From a bacterium (lineage in GTDB: Bacteria; Patescibacteriota; Microgenomatia; UBA8517), in contig CP129472.1 in assembly GCA_030583725.1 (NCBI GenBank), positions 529,902 to 593,901 on the forward strand: a DNA stretch of 64,000 nt, written 5' to 3'. The position numbers and the translations under genes were made by a program. The notes under the pieces are model-generated. The model was not told the origin of the DNA. It worked only from the letters and a program-made list of their open reading frames with translations, and ran no database searches. Positions 27,578 to 37,371 of this stretch are shown here, piece after piece. How positions within the stretch are numbered: the first letter of the stretch is position 1; every line of letters starts with the position of its first letter.

Positions 27578-27672
27578 GTTAATAAAAAGGGGTAACCCTT
27601 ATTTAAGATTACTATGTGAAGCTTTTGGTGCAACTATAGTATTCTTTTCACAAAAATAGTTAAAACCAAAAC

Positions 27673-27701
27673 TTGACTAATTTACGCTGTGAATGTAATA
27701 T
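27673..27701 (+). promoter_or_regulatory. sigma-70-like promoter (TTGACT - 17 nt - TAATAT) for the ATPase gene
   Basis: -35 TTGACT at 27673-27678, 17-nt spacer, -10 TAATAT at 27696-27701, ATG at 27710. Confidence 0.3.
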
Positions 27702-27709
27702 AGACATAT

Positions 27710-28858
27710 ATGAAATACATACCTAGAGATTTAGAAAAGATTGTTTCTAAAGCTAGCAAGACCTTTAAAGTGGTTTTTCTTGGAGGTCCGAGACAAGTTG
27801 GGAAAACCACACTTTTGAAGAAGCTTTCGGAAAACGAATACAGAACATACGTAACTCTTGATGATTTAAATCAAAGAGAACTTGCAATAAAAGATCCAAA
27901 GTTTTTTATAGAGCAACTCAAACTTCCTGTAATTATTGATGAAGTTCAATATGCTCCAGAACTTTTCCCTGTAATTAAAGAAATAGTTGATCGGTCGGAT
28001 AAAAATGGCCAATTTTGGATTACAGGATCTCAACAGTTTAATTTAATAAAAAATATCCAAGAGTCTCTTGCTGGTCGAGTTGCAATTTTAGATTTACTCG
28101 GCCTATCTCAGAAGGAGAAGCCTAAATTGAAGACGGTTTTTGAAGAAATATTTGAAGGTGGTTTTCCAGTTTTTCAATCAAAAGATAAACCAGACAGAAA
28201 TATTTTTTTTAATTCATACGTCCAAACATATTTAGATAGGGATCTTTCAGGTATCTTTGGGGTAACTAAATTGTCAGAATTTAACAGATTTATCCAAGTT
28301 TGTGCAGCGAGGACTGCCCAAGTGTTAAACATATCTGATATGGCAAGAGATAGTGGTATTCCTGTCTCTACCGCAGTAGAATGGCTTTCTCTTTTGGAAG
28401 CTACAAAACAAATATTTTTGCTAAGGCCATATTTCCCAAATATAACAAAAAGAATAATTAAAGCCCCAAAGTTATACTTTTTGGACACTGGACTTGCTTC
28501 CTTTTTAACAAAATGGGATAGCCTCGAGAATCTAAAAGCAGGAGCGATGTCAGGAGCGATTTTTGAGACATACTTAATTGTAGAATTTATTAAAAAATAT
28601 ATAAACAAAGGAAAAGAGCCACCACTTTATTACATAAGGGACAAAGAGGGTCATGAGGTAGACTTGTTAGTGCACGATAACGGAATTCATATGTATGAAT
28701 TTAAACTTGCTGCTAAAATAGATACTGATTTTGAAAAAAACATGAATTATTTTGAACAAAAATCAAAAGATTTCAAGTCTAAAACAATAATTTCTTTAAT
28801 CAAAAAACCATTAAAAGTAACTTCTGGTGTTGAATATGTGCCATATACTCAAATATAG
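27710..28858 (+). CDS. AAA-superfamily ATPase (AAA_14 + DUF4143 type)
   Basis: 382 aa. 'VVFLGGPRQVGKTTLLKKL' P-loop and 'PVIIDEVQYAPELF' Walker B. Overall layout of the DUF4143 ATPase family. Confidence 0.6.
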   Translation: MKYIPRDLEKIVSKASKTFKVVFLGGPRQVGKTTLLKKLSENEYRTYVTLDDLNQRELAIKDPKFFIEQLKLPVIIDEVQYAPELFPVIKEIVDRSDKNGQFWITGSQQFNLIKNIQESLAGRVAILDLLGLSQKEKPKLKTVFEEIFEGGFPVFQSKDKPDRNIFFNSYVQTYLDRDLSGIFGVTKLSEFNRFIQVCAARTAQVLNISDMARDSGIPVSTAVEWLSLLEATKQIFLLRPYFPNITKRIIKAPKLYFLDTGLASFLTKWDSLENLKAGAMSGAIFETYLIVEFIKKYINKGKEPPLYYIRDKEGHEVDLLVHDNGIHMYEFKLAAKIDTDFEKNMNYFEQKSKDFKSKTIISLIKKPLKVTSGVEYVPYTQI

Positions 28859-28870
28859 AGTCCATAGCCT

Positions 28871-29290
28871 TTAAAAACCTAAGAAATTTGAAATTTTTGT
28901 GGAAGAGAGGGACTTATATTTTTTAACAATTTTTAATTTTGCGCCAACTGACTTTGCTTGTATTGATTTCTTATCTTTAATTGGATCATCTTCTGTAATT
29001 GCAATTATATTTGGTTTGATTTTAGAAACTAATCTATCGTATGTTTCATGATTTGCATACTTGGGAACAATGACCACTTTATTTACAAATTTTAAAGATT
29101 CTAAGGTTTCTTTTCTTTCCTTAAGTTTAAAAATAGGTCTTTTATCCCCTTTTGTTTTTTTGATGTTTTCATCAGGTTCTAATAAAACAACTAGGTAATT
29201 ACCAAAGCTTTTTGATTTTTTTAAAAATTTAATATGTCCAATATGTAAGATATCAAAGCAGCCGCCAATAAGAACGATATTTTTAGTCAT
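28871..29290 (-). CDS. cytidylyltransferase-like nucleotidyltransferase (HxGH family; TagD/RfaE-domain-II-like)
   Basis: 139 aa. 'IGGCFDILHIGHIKFL' HxGH motif and size typical of glycerol-3-P cytidylyltransferase-like enzymes. Confidence 0.55.
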   Translation of the reverse strand: MTKNIVLIGGCFDILHIGHIKFLKKSKSFGNYLVVLLEPDENIKKTKGDKRPIFKLKERKETLESLKFVNKVVIVPKYANHETYDRLVSKIKPNIIAITEDDPIKDKKSIQAKSVGAKLKIVKKYKSLSSTKISNFLGF

Positions 29291-29346
29291 ATTTGAATTA
29301 TATCAATTTTAGTAAAAATCAATGTTTTTATGATACAATTTGAGGT

Positions 29347-31809
29347 ATGGGAAATGAATCTCAAATCAATTCCAAGTTTTCTATTGGCATACCTGCTTCT
29401 TTACCTGGCGGTGAAAGATATTCGCCAGAATCTGTAAGAAATTTAGCCAATGTACAGCCTGATGAGGGACATAATTTAAGAACTGGCATGGAGGTAAAAA
29501 ATCAATTGGAAGATCCTGCAGACCAACTATCTGCGCAAATAGCTGAACAAGTTGCTCGATTGTTATCTGAAGAACGGGGGGAGAGTAGCTCTTCATTCTT
29601 TGCTTTAACAGACATATTAGCGAAAGAGAGGTTGCCTAAAGATCCCGAAAAACTAAACCAAATATATCGAGGGTTTACGGTTGATGCGATGGGTTTGTTG
29701 ATAACTGATGTTAAGGGAATTCGTTTAAATATGGTTGCGGATCAATTTGGTTTACAAAGACATGGTGCAACTTTAGATCAAATGACAAATCGACTTGAAT
29801 CTACTTTGTCAAAGCATGTTAGCGTTGATAAACTAAAACCAGAAGTCCAGCCATTAGCAAAAGTTTTGATGGCAGATATGGCAAGATTCGGTGGTATTGA
29901 AAAAATGGTCGAACATGCATCAGTTTTTCAGATGTTTTATTATGATGGTCTGTATATGTACGGGGCATTAGCTTCTGGACGTAGAATAAAAGTTTTAGGT
30001 ACAGATGATTTAAGATTGATTTTTGGTAATTTAAAAGGACTGGACCTTAAAGGTGTGGAACCGAGTGAAGAAATTGGCGAAGGAGCTGGTGAAACGTTAA
30101 GAAAAATGGTTGCTAATCAAATTCATTTTGATATGGCGATCGCTTCACTTAACAGGTTTAATCCGAATAAGCCAGCGGGTCAAGAAACTGAGATGAAAAT
30201 GTCAGAAACAGAACGTGCATTTTTGGGTAGTCTGTTTAAAAAAGATGGAAACAAGACAAAAGAAATAACAGTTAACGGCAAAACTTTCCAAACAAATTTA
30301 TTGTCTTTCTATTTAACTACAGATAAAGAAAAAGAAAGAAAAACTTCAGAAAGCCTTATGCAAGCTTTACATGTCCATGATGCAAAGGATATCTTAGATT
30401 CAATTGGAGAAGATCCTACAAAATTTACCGCTCCTGACGATGCAAAATATAAAGATCTATTATCAAAGGTACAAAAAACTGCAAAAGAGATTGAAAATGG
30501 GTGGGACTCGTTTATATCCACCCCAAAAGCTAGATTGGCAAAATGGGCAGGAGAAATTGCGTTTACTACAAACATTGCAACATTAAATGTTAATGATTTA
30601 GCCTATGGCTTTGAATGGGAACAGGATAAGAAGGATAAAAGCTGGCAATTTAAGCCAGCAATAGCAGGACCAAATACTGGATACGATGCAGTAAACATTT
30701 GGCTCTCGATGCAACACGAATTGGAATATATGCTTAAGGCTAGGGTTAGAACACCCGCTTTCCCTGGTGTTGCAAGTGACCAAGCTTGGGATTTTATAAG
30801 AAAGATTGTGGTTGAAAAAGAAGACCCAAAAATTAAAAGTGAAATCTTAAAAGATAGGGGGCTCATGCTCGGGGCTGCTATATTGGGAATGTATGAAGGT
30901 GAAATAAAACTCAATGAAAAAGATCAAACCGAAGTAGATAATATTCGAGGAGCTAGATTTGCAAAGGGAGATACTACAAAAATGATGAGTTTTAACACTG
31001 TTGCATTAAAGGTTTTGGAAAAGTCAATTTTTGGTTACCCTACATGGGTAGAGGGAAAAGTTTTACCAATACCAATAAGAGGAATGTTTAATGGTATTAA
31101 TCTTTTAAAGACAATGGTTGTGGATCCAAAAGCTGGTAAAACCGTTTTTGATAAATTAAATGAAGGAGAAACACTTGCGAGTGACTCAATAGATTTTGAA
31201 AATCAAAGTCCATACGTCGTTGATTCATGGCATGTAAATTTAAAAATGCTGGGCGATGTAATGAGATTAATGTACGGTCAAGGAGACAAGAAGACTCAGG
31301 AATCTTATTTTGCAGGTTCGGCATCTGAAGGATTAGGAACTCTTATTAAAAAAATGGATATAGGTACCCGTGGGGAATATGTACCTATGGATTTGGGTGA
31401 AACAGAAGGTGACGGCGTTACCCCGAAATTAACAAATATACCCAGACCTTTTTACGAAATTGTATATACCGCTTATGCGGTAGTTTCGCATCTAGCCTTT
31501 GTTGATCACGGTATTTGGGATGCTGGGGGTAAATGGAGAGGATTAGACCCTACACTTTTTTGGGATGGAAATGGATCAAAAAAGGGTGTGAAACAATGGG
31601 TTGAAGCAGCATACACTTCGTTGCCAGACAATAAAGGATCATTCGATCATTATAGAGATAGCATGGTTTTAATGATTGAGGCTATAGCACAATGGATGGT
31701 AAGCATTGCTCCAGCAGCTGAAAAATTAGGTGCTAAACAACAAGATGAGGCAACAATGCCTTTTACAAGCTCATTTGATGCTTTAAAAACTCTTAATAAT
31801 AAGCGGTAG
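29347..31809 (+). CDS. large soluble hypothetical protein (no TM, no recognisable motif)
   Basis: 820-aa uninterrupted ORF. Converges on the VirB6-like gene with a 2-bp gap. Confidence 0.5.
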   Translation: MGNESQINSKFSIGIPASLPGGERYSPESVRNLANVQPDEGHNLRTGMEVKNQLEDPADQLSAQIAEQVARLLSEERGESSSSFFALTDILAKERLPKDPEKLNQIYRGFTVDAMGLLITDVKGIRLNMVADQFGLQRHGATLDQMTNRLESTLSKHVSVDKLKPEVQPLAKVLMADMARFGGIEKMVEHASVFQMFYYDGLYMYGALASGRRIKVLGTDDLRLIFGNLKGLDLKGVEPSEEIGEGAGETLRKMVANQIHFDMAIASLNRFNPNKPAGQETEMKMSETERAFLGSLFKKDGNKTKEITVNGKTFQTNLLSFYLTTDKEKERKTSESLMQALHVHDAKDILDSIGEDPTKFTAPDDAKYKDLLSKVQKTAKEIENGWDSFISTPKARLAKWAGEIAFTTNIATLNVNDLAYGFEWEQDKKDKSWQFKPAIAGPNTGYDAVNIWLSMQHELEYMLKARVRTPAFPGVASDQAWDFIRKIVVEKEDPKIKSEILKDRGLMLGAAILGMYEGEIKLNEKDQTEVDNIRGARFAKGDTTKMMSFNTVALKVLEKSIFGYPTWVEGKVLPIPIRGMFNGINLLKTMVVDPKAGKTVFDKLNEGETLASDSIDFENQSPYVVDSWHVNLKMLGDVMRLMYGQGDKKTQESYFAGSASEGLGTLIKKMDIGTRGEYVPMDLGETEGDGVTPKLTNIPRPFYEIVYTAYAVVSHLAFVDHGIWDAGGKWRGLDPTLFWDGNGSKKGVKQWVEAAYTSLPDNKGSFDHYRDSMVLMIEAIAQWMVSIAPAAEKLGAKQQDEATMPFTSSFDALKTLNNKR

Positions 31810-31811
31810 TA

Positions 31812-33470
31812 TTACCGGGTCTTTTGGAGCATCGCTTTGAATTTATTAACTGCGTCGTCCCATTCTCCTCGATACCCAACTTTTCTTGCGACCCATTCAG
31901 CGGCACGACTATTCATTGCTTTAACTGCTCCTTCAGCTGTAGCAATATCACTAACCGCTCGACCTGGTGCGGACTTTCTAACCATATCAATTGGTGCCAT
32001 GGCTTCACCAATTGCACTTCCAAAGTCGAATTTAGCACCCATGACAAGCATTTTCATAATATCAACCGCTTTTGGAACCATTGTTATAAATACAAAACTT
32101 ACGGCTATCCACAAAACACCAGCCATGTCTGCAGATGAACCCAAAATCGGAGGTGCCCATAGGTTTGTGTTACTCATCGCACCTGTAAATTCCCAAAGTT
32201 GTCCCCAACTAGCAGCAAAGGATGCATTTAAAGTTTTTACAGCTAGAAATAAAAATAAACCTGTTAAGGGAAAAACTAAAGCTTCAGCTATGATTTTTCT
32301 AAACCACATACTGAAACCTATTGCAGGTACGAGTGCACCTATCACTATTTGAATAGGAGCCACAACAATAGACAGAAATAGACTTATTAAATTTTTGAGA
32401 AGTACCCAGGGTATCTTGACGGTATACCACAACATTAATATAAGTACCCAGATGGTCATTAAGATTGCCAAAACACTTCCTATCCCGGCAAATATTGAGA
32501 GTCCTCCAATCGCACCAATGATGGACCATGCTGCCGCCAAAAAGAACAATATCGTATATGAAAACATATATATGAGTATATAAAAACCACCGAGTGCTGT
32601 GGTAGCCTCGATAGGCATAATTGTTCTAAATGCTTCATCAAAAGAAGTGGAAAATCCAGCAAGGTGCATAAGCTGTGCAAGTAATCCACCAACCACATAG
32701 GATAAGTCAATTACAAAACCAGCAATAGCATACGAAAACGTAGCTAAAACTAATGCAACAACAATTTTTGGTAATGCTGATTGGACTGAGATTACAAGCT
32801 GGGGTGAAAGTTTTACTCTAAACATAATCATAAATGCAAACACAATAACCACAAACACAACAAGTGCGTAAGCAACATTTCTAAATCCTTGCCAATATTG
32901 TTGCAGGCCATCAACTGCACCATATCCAAATCCTTGTGCCTGAACACTAGAAACTACGCCAAAACCAGAGACTAGATTGTTTATATACTTAATTCCAGAA
33001 AGAGGCCTGTTCTGGTACTCGTCAATGATAGAACTTGCAAACGAACCTTGTCGGGTATCGTTTCCTGTAACTCCTGTACTGATAAATATTACATCTATTG
33101 CACCACCTGCCGCCTCAAGGGATAGTTGGATACATTCGGCCTTGTCAATAACACTGCCTCCTGTAAATGCCCACATACATGCAACTGATTTTTGAACCTT
33201 ATCTCCCAAAAAATTTATAGGAAAAGAAAATAAACTATATAAAATCCACTGTACCTGAGCTGCAGTATACCTTTCTCCAAAGATTTCAGATGGGGGGGAT
33301 TCATCTCCATATACCTTTGCATACCAGTCAGTAAAACCTTGGTTGTACCAATTACTTGGGGCTTCGTCGGCTGCGTGGGCAACTGCAAAAGGCATGACCA
33401 TAGAATTTAAAAAAAGAATTGAAGAAAGAAAAATTAAAGATAGTTTTTTAAGAAACTTAGGCATTACCAT
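31812..33470 (-). CDS. VirB6/TrbL-like polytopic membrane protein (putative)
   Basis: 552 aa. Signal peptide, about 200-aa periplasmic domain, at least 6 TM helices, C-terminal cytoplasmic tail. The topology resembles VirB6/TrbL. Confidence 0.35.
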   Translation of the reverse strand: MVMPKFLKKLSLIFLSSILFLNSMVMPFAVAHAADEAPSNWYNQGFTDWYAKVYGDESPPSEIFGERYTAAQVQWILYSLFSFPINFLGDKVQKSVACMWAFTGGSVIDKAECIQLSLEAAGGAIDVIFISTGVTGNDTRQGSFASSIIDEYQNRPLSGIKYINNLVSGFGVVSSVQAQGFGYGAVDGLQQYWQGFRNVAYALVVFVVIVFAFMIMFRVKLSPQLVISVQSALPKIVVALVLATFSYAIAGFVIDLSYVVGGLLAQLMHLAGFSTSFDEAFRTIMPIEATTALGGFYILIYMFSYTILFFLAAAWSIIGAIGGLSIFAGIGSVLAILMTIWVLILMLWYTVKIPWVLLKNLISLFLSIVVAPIQIVIGALVPAIGFSMWFRKIIAEALVFPLTGLFLFLAVKTLNASFAASWGQLWEFTGAMSNTNLWAPPILGSSADMAGVLWIAVSFVFITMVPKAVDIMKMLVMGAKFDFGSAIGEAMAPIDMVRKSAPGRAVSDIATAEGAVKAMNSRAAEWVARKVGYRGEWDDAVNKFKAMLQKTR

Positions 33471-33691
33471 ATATTACAATATTTTTATGTTTTTTTATAG
33501 AACGATAATCAAAAACATATCGAATCTTACCTAACTAAAAAGTTTCTAGGCTTCACTTATGGTCTCAAACCTTGCTTATAGTCTTTCAAACCTCACTGAT
33601 TACACCAAAACCTTTGAAGCCTCCAACAATTGTTAGTCCGTAGATTTTTATCTATGAGCCACATATTGTAAAATCTTTAGTTTTTAGGAAT

Positions 33692-33726
33692 AGAAGCTCC
33701 TAGTTTATTAGGAACTAGGAGCTTCT
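33692..33726. terminator. perfect 14-bp-stem hairpin (agaagctcctagtt-N7-aactaggagcttct) downstream of the pilin-operon genes
   Basis: Inverted repeat with a 7-nt loop in the 470-bp gap between the 786-aa gene and the VirB6-like gene. The flanks are AT-rich but there is no clean U-tract. Confidence 0.25.
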
Positions 33727-33940
33727 TAATGCTTATAATAATTTATGAATTTGTAGTACACTTTTTTTGTAATACTTACAAAGATTTTGTCAGCAAGCCA
33801 CTTTGGCCTCACGCCTAATCTCATTGAAGTAGAAGTAAATTTTTTTAAAAAGGGATTTCCTGGTTTTTCTGCAATTGGCCTTCCCGATAAGCCTATTGTA
33901 TGGGAATAAAAGGCATCGTTTCTGAAAGTTGGGGAAAGTA

Positions 33941-36301
33941 TTATGGACAGCTGAAATCTGTCGGCCACTGAATACCAAATTTGCCATTTTTGGGACACCC
34001 CGTGACCCAATTCCAAGTTGTGTTCATAACATCGTAATAATACTGTGAAGCCACCGTGTCTGAAGGGTCGCATATTCCAGCCGAGCTTTGGTATCGGCTA
34101 AGCCATCCATGCATTGGTTCGGTATACCCAGACATTCCAGAACAAAACTGTTGTTTTGCAAGTTGTGTGAATTTAAGCACTTGCTCTGGCAAGTTTTGGT
34201 AAATTTCTTTTAAATTAACACCCATATCTTGAGTTGTTTCTCCACCCTCGCAATAATTGCTGGCCCCAGATTCATTAAGCCATATTGTTAAAGCAAAAGC
34301 GGGATTGACACCTTCTTTCTGGGCAACGCTAGCAACAAAATTATAGCATTCCTCTGCCATGTTGTTCTCGGGTCCGGGACATTTTTGGCTCCATCTATCT
34401 GCTAAATCAATAAAGTTTTCTTTAAAACTACCTAAGTATTTTGACGGAACAGCTGAATCGGGTACGGTAACATCGCAAGAGTCTAGTACTGTTGGTTCGC
34501 AATTTCCATTTGCAATTGGCTCACCGTATCCTTTGGGTCGTAGGGCTGTTTGTATTCCTTTTAAGAAATATTCATAGACTGAACCAATGTGGGGGAATGT
34601 GAGTTGCGTGGTACTATTTGCCCCATCTGACGGATAATTTGTTATCTTTACCTCTTGGTCGCCACCATTGGGACTATCACTTCTTGATGTGTCATATGTC
34701 ACGTCTGTAACTGTTGGTATATCTGCAATACATTCAACTGGTGCACCCTCCCCAACTTTTGGAAATATCTTTCTAAATGTACTTCCTGAGTCTGCAACTG
34801 TTTGGGCAAATATTTCATCTGCCCAAGGCGTTTTTGTTCCTGTTTTTAGAGTTATATATACCTGAGCATTACACTTATGCGTGTAAAATAACCTTTCTAC
34901 ACAAGGATAGACGTTTGGAATACACCTAAAAGTCTCAGTCACCTTACAAAGAACTTGGTCAATTTGATATTGAACTCCCAACACCTGCATTTCATCTTGG
35001 TCACCAGGAAACAGGTTGTCACCCTCATTTACTCTAATGTTTGCGGCACTACAACTTAAACCCAACTCGTTTGTTGGTAGTGATTCTACTGTTTCAGACA
35101 GTTTTTCAGCTTCATAACCAGACGGGGTAAATGTAGTATTTAGTAATTCGGATAAATCTTTAACTTCTTGTGTGTGGGCAAAATAAAGAGGAGCTTGCCT
35201 CATACCCGTAAATTGTATTCCATTGGGAAAAGAAATTTCAGTACCAGCCCCACCTTCAAAATTTGGCCCATCGCCCTTTATGTAATTTGCACCTTTTTTG
35301 TCAACCGTTGAGGATAGTGGAATATATGAATACAACTCAGACCATTTGTTTGGAACAATATCAATAATGCCTCCAATTGCAGGATCTGCACACTGAAGAC
35401 CTAAAAAGGGAAGGACAACACAAACTTTACCCTGCCATTCTTGATACGCTTTTTGATAGTCTATTTGTTTTTCAAAGTCCCAAGGTAGAGGAGGGAATTT
35501 GTTGTTCCATTTATCTATCCCTGGAATAAGATTTAAAACCCAATTTAAAGTTGAAAGACTACCTTCACCCCAGCTACTAAGCCTTAATGGTTCCCCACCC
35601 TGGCTACATGGAATTGGGTTTCCATCTTGTTCACATACCACAATCTGGTCGTGATTTTGAGGTTCGCTTACAGTAGCTCCTATATCCTCATCTTCATATG
35701 CCACATTAACAGAGGCATCGGTAATTGTTTTTCTCCTTTGGTGTTCCTGAATCATATAGGGGATTAGCTTATTAACAGGCCCTGAATAATTTACAACTTG
35801 TTCATTTGTTGGGGTCCCATATTCAGCCCTACCAACAACACCAGACAGGTACCAACTGGCGTACTCGTTTAATTTTTGTGCATCGTCAAATTCTTCTGTG
35901 CCACCATAGTTATTTGTAACTTGTTCCGTGTTGCCAAGTATCGCAAACTCAGATTCTGAAAGTTCAATATATAGATTATGTGGACCTACGGGATAGTTTA
36001 CATCACAGGTATAGTCACCAGTTCTCCCGTTTCTTGGGCACTGACTGCTCAAGTCAAATGTTTCTATAAATTGTATTTCATTGCTACAAAACAAAGCTTT
36101 ACCAGCATCTCCACATGGTGCACCTTGGTAGGGTCTTAAAGAGTGAAATTCATCGTCGCTTGTTTCGTCACACGGAAACTTAATTCCAGGTACCGCACCT
36201 TCATCTCCAGCTGAAATGCGATCAATCTTGTATGTAAAAAAGACAGTTAAAGTAGATAAAAGGACAATACAGAAAAAAAGAAGTTTAGATAAATTTTTCA
36301 T
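33941..36301 (-). CDS. Cys-rich secreted protein, possible lysozyme-like C-terminal domain
   Basis: 786 aa. Signal peptide, about 40 Cys. C-terminal 'VASVAQKEGVNPAFALTIWLNESGASNY' resembles motif I (E-S) of soluble lytic transglycosylases. The following GLMQ motif was not seen. Confidence 0.35.
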   Translation of the reverse strand: MKNLSKLLFFCIVLLSTLTVFFTYKIDRISAGDEGAVPGIKFPCDETSDDEFHSLRPYQGAPCGDAGKALFCSNEIQFIETFDLSSQCPRNGRTGDYTCDVNYPVGPHNLYIELSESEFAILGNTEQVTNNYGGTEEFDDAQKLNEYASWYLSGVVGRAEYGTPTNEQVVNYSGPVNKLIPYMIQEHQRRKTITDASVNVAYEDEDIGATVSEPQNHDQIVVCEQDGNPIPCSQGGEPLRLSSWGEGSLSTLNWVLNLIPGIDKWNNKFPPLPWDFEKQIDYQKAYQEWQGKVCVVLPFLGLQCADPAIGGIIDIVPNKWSELYSYIPLSSTVDKKGANYIKGDGPNFEGGAGTEISFPNGIQFTGMRQAPLYFAHTQEVKDLSELLNTTFTPSGYEAEKLSETVESLPTNELGLSCSAANIRVNEGDNLFPGDQDEMQVLGVQYQIDQVLCKVTETFRCIPNVYPCVERLFYTHKCNAQVYITLKTGTKTPWADEIFAQTVADSGSTFRKIFPKVGEGAPVECIADIPTVTDVTYDTSRSDSPNGGDQEVKITNYPSDGANSTTQLTFPHIGSVYEYFLKGIQTALRPKGYGEPIANGNCEPTVLDSCDVTVPDSAVPSKYLGSFKENFIDLADRWSQKCPGPENNMAEECYNFVASVAQKEGVNPAFALTIWLNESGASNYCEGGETTQDMGVNLKEIYQNLPEQVLKFTQLAKQQFCSGMSGYTEPMHGWLSRYQSSAGICDPSDTVASQYYYDVMNTTWNWVTGCPKNGKFGIQWPTDFSCP

Positions 36302-36314
36302 TTAACATTTAAAG

Positions 36315-36590
36315 TTACCTCGTAATTGTAAAATTGGTGACGTTAGCACCTGTGAATGTTTCTATAATTTTTAAAATCAAAAAAGAACCTGCCAAAAGTA
36401 TTAAACCACCAATTGCATAGGTAAGTGTGTTTCTAGCTCCTTCTACAGCCTTAGGGTCACCACCTGAAGTTAAATATTTAAATCCACCTGAAAGAAGCAT
36501 TAAAAATAAAACTATTCCACCTAGGGCCAGTAGGGCAGCGACTACGTTTTCAAATACACCTGTCAATGCTGATAGTTGTGGTGGTTCCAT
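36315..36590 (-). CDS. VirB2/TrbC-like (T4SS pilin-like) protein, paralog 7
   Basis: 91 aa. TM1, 'SGGDPKAVEGARNTLTYAIGGL' loop, TM2. This family signature is shared with the six upstream paralogs. Confidence 0.45.
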   Translation of the reverse strand: MEPPQLSALTGVFENVVAALLALGGIVLFLMLLSGGFKYLTSGGDPKAVEGARNTLTYAIGGLILLAGSFLILKIIETFTGANVTNFTITR

Positions 36591-36634
36591 ACAAAGTAAG
36601 TTTAAATGAAAACAATAAATTGAGCAAGAGAAGA

Positions 36635-36976
36635 TTATTTAGACAGTTGTCCTGCTGAAGGAATGGTTAACTTCATTAAGTTAACTCCAAAGAAGGTGTC
36701 AATTAATTGAATTATTGCCCAAGCTGAAAAAACAATAACTAAACCAACCAAAGCTGCTGTAATTTGATTTCTTGCTCCTTCTGTGTGAGCTTTGTCACCA
36801 CCTGAAAGTATCCATTTAATACCACCAATAACTAGAATAAAGAAAAAGGCTAAACCTGCAACTACAAGCACTAATCCTATAAAACCAGAAACAATACCTT
36901 CAACTGTAAGACCTGTTGCTGGTTGAAAATTACCTAGCCCTTGGTTTAACTCTATTTGTGCAAGCAAATTATTCAT
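36635..36976 (-). CDS. VirB2/TrbC-like pilin-like protein, paralog 6
   Basis: 113 aa. 'SGGDKAHTEGARNQITAALVGL' between two hydrophobic helices. Confidence 0.45.
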   Translation of the reverse strand: MNNLLAQIELNQGLGNFQPATGLTVEGIVSGFIGLVLVVAGLAFFFILVIGGIKWILSGGDKAHTEGARNQITAALVGLVIVFSAWAIIQLIDTFFGVNLMKLTIPSAGQLSK

Positions 36977-36989
36977 ATGTATAAGCGTA

Positions 36990-37370
36990 TTATTGAATAA
37001 CCAGTGGACCTATGTCAATAGACAAAATGTCTATTCCAAAGAAACCTTCAATCAGTTTTGCGATTGCAAAAACTCCAACCATTAAAACCAAACCAATAAT
37101 TGCATTTGTAATTCTTCCTTTTGCATTTTCAACACTAGCCTTGTCACCACCAGACACAATCCATGTAATTGCACCCCAGAGGAACATAAAGAAAAATGCA
37201 ACACCACCAAAAACAAGCAGTATCCCCACAACCTTGGGGAGTAAAAGTTGTAAAAAACTTTCACCACCAGTTGGTCTTGTTACAAGGCTGGTATACATAT
37301 CACCGAACAAGGGATTTGTAATACCTCCACCTTTGTCAATTTCACCGCCCGCCAACAATTTATTATCCAT
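36990..37370 (-). CDS. VirB2/TrbC-like pilin-like protein, paralog 5
   Basis: 126 aa. 'SGGDKASVENAKGRITNAIIGL' between two TM helices. Confidence 0.45.
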   Translation of the reverse strand: MDNKLLAGGEIDKGGGITNPLFGDMYTSLVTRPTGGESFLQLLLPKVVGILLVFGGVAFFFMFLWGAITWIVSGGDKASVENAKGRITNAIIGLVLMVGVFAIAKLIEGFFGIDILSIDIGPLVIQ

Positions 37371-37371
37371 T

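Noticed and set aside
31837-32352. 171-aa and 104-aa plus-strand ORFs
   Set aside because: Both are embedded antisense within the well-supported 552-aa VirB6-like gene.
33726-34073. 115-aa and 65-aa minus-strand ORFs
   Set aside because: They overlap the 3' end of the 786-aa gene and the intergenic hairpin. No motifs. Likely non-coding.
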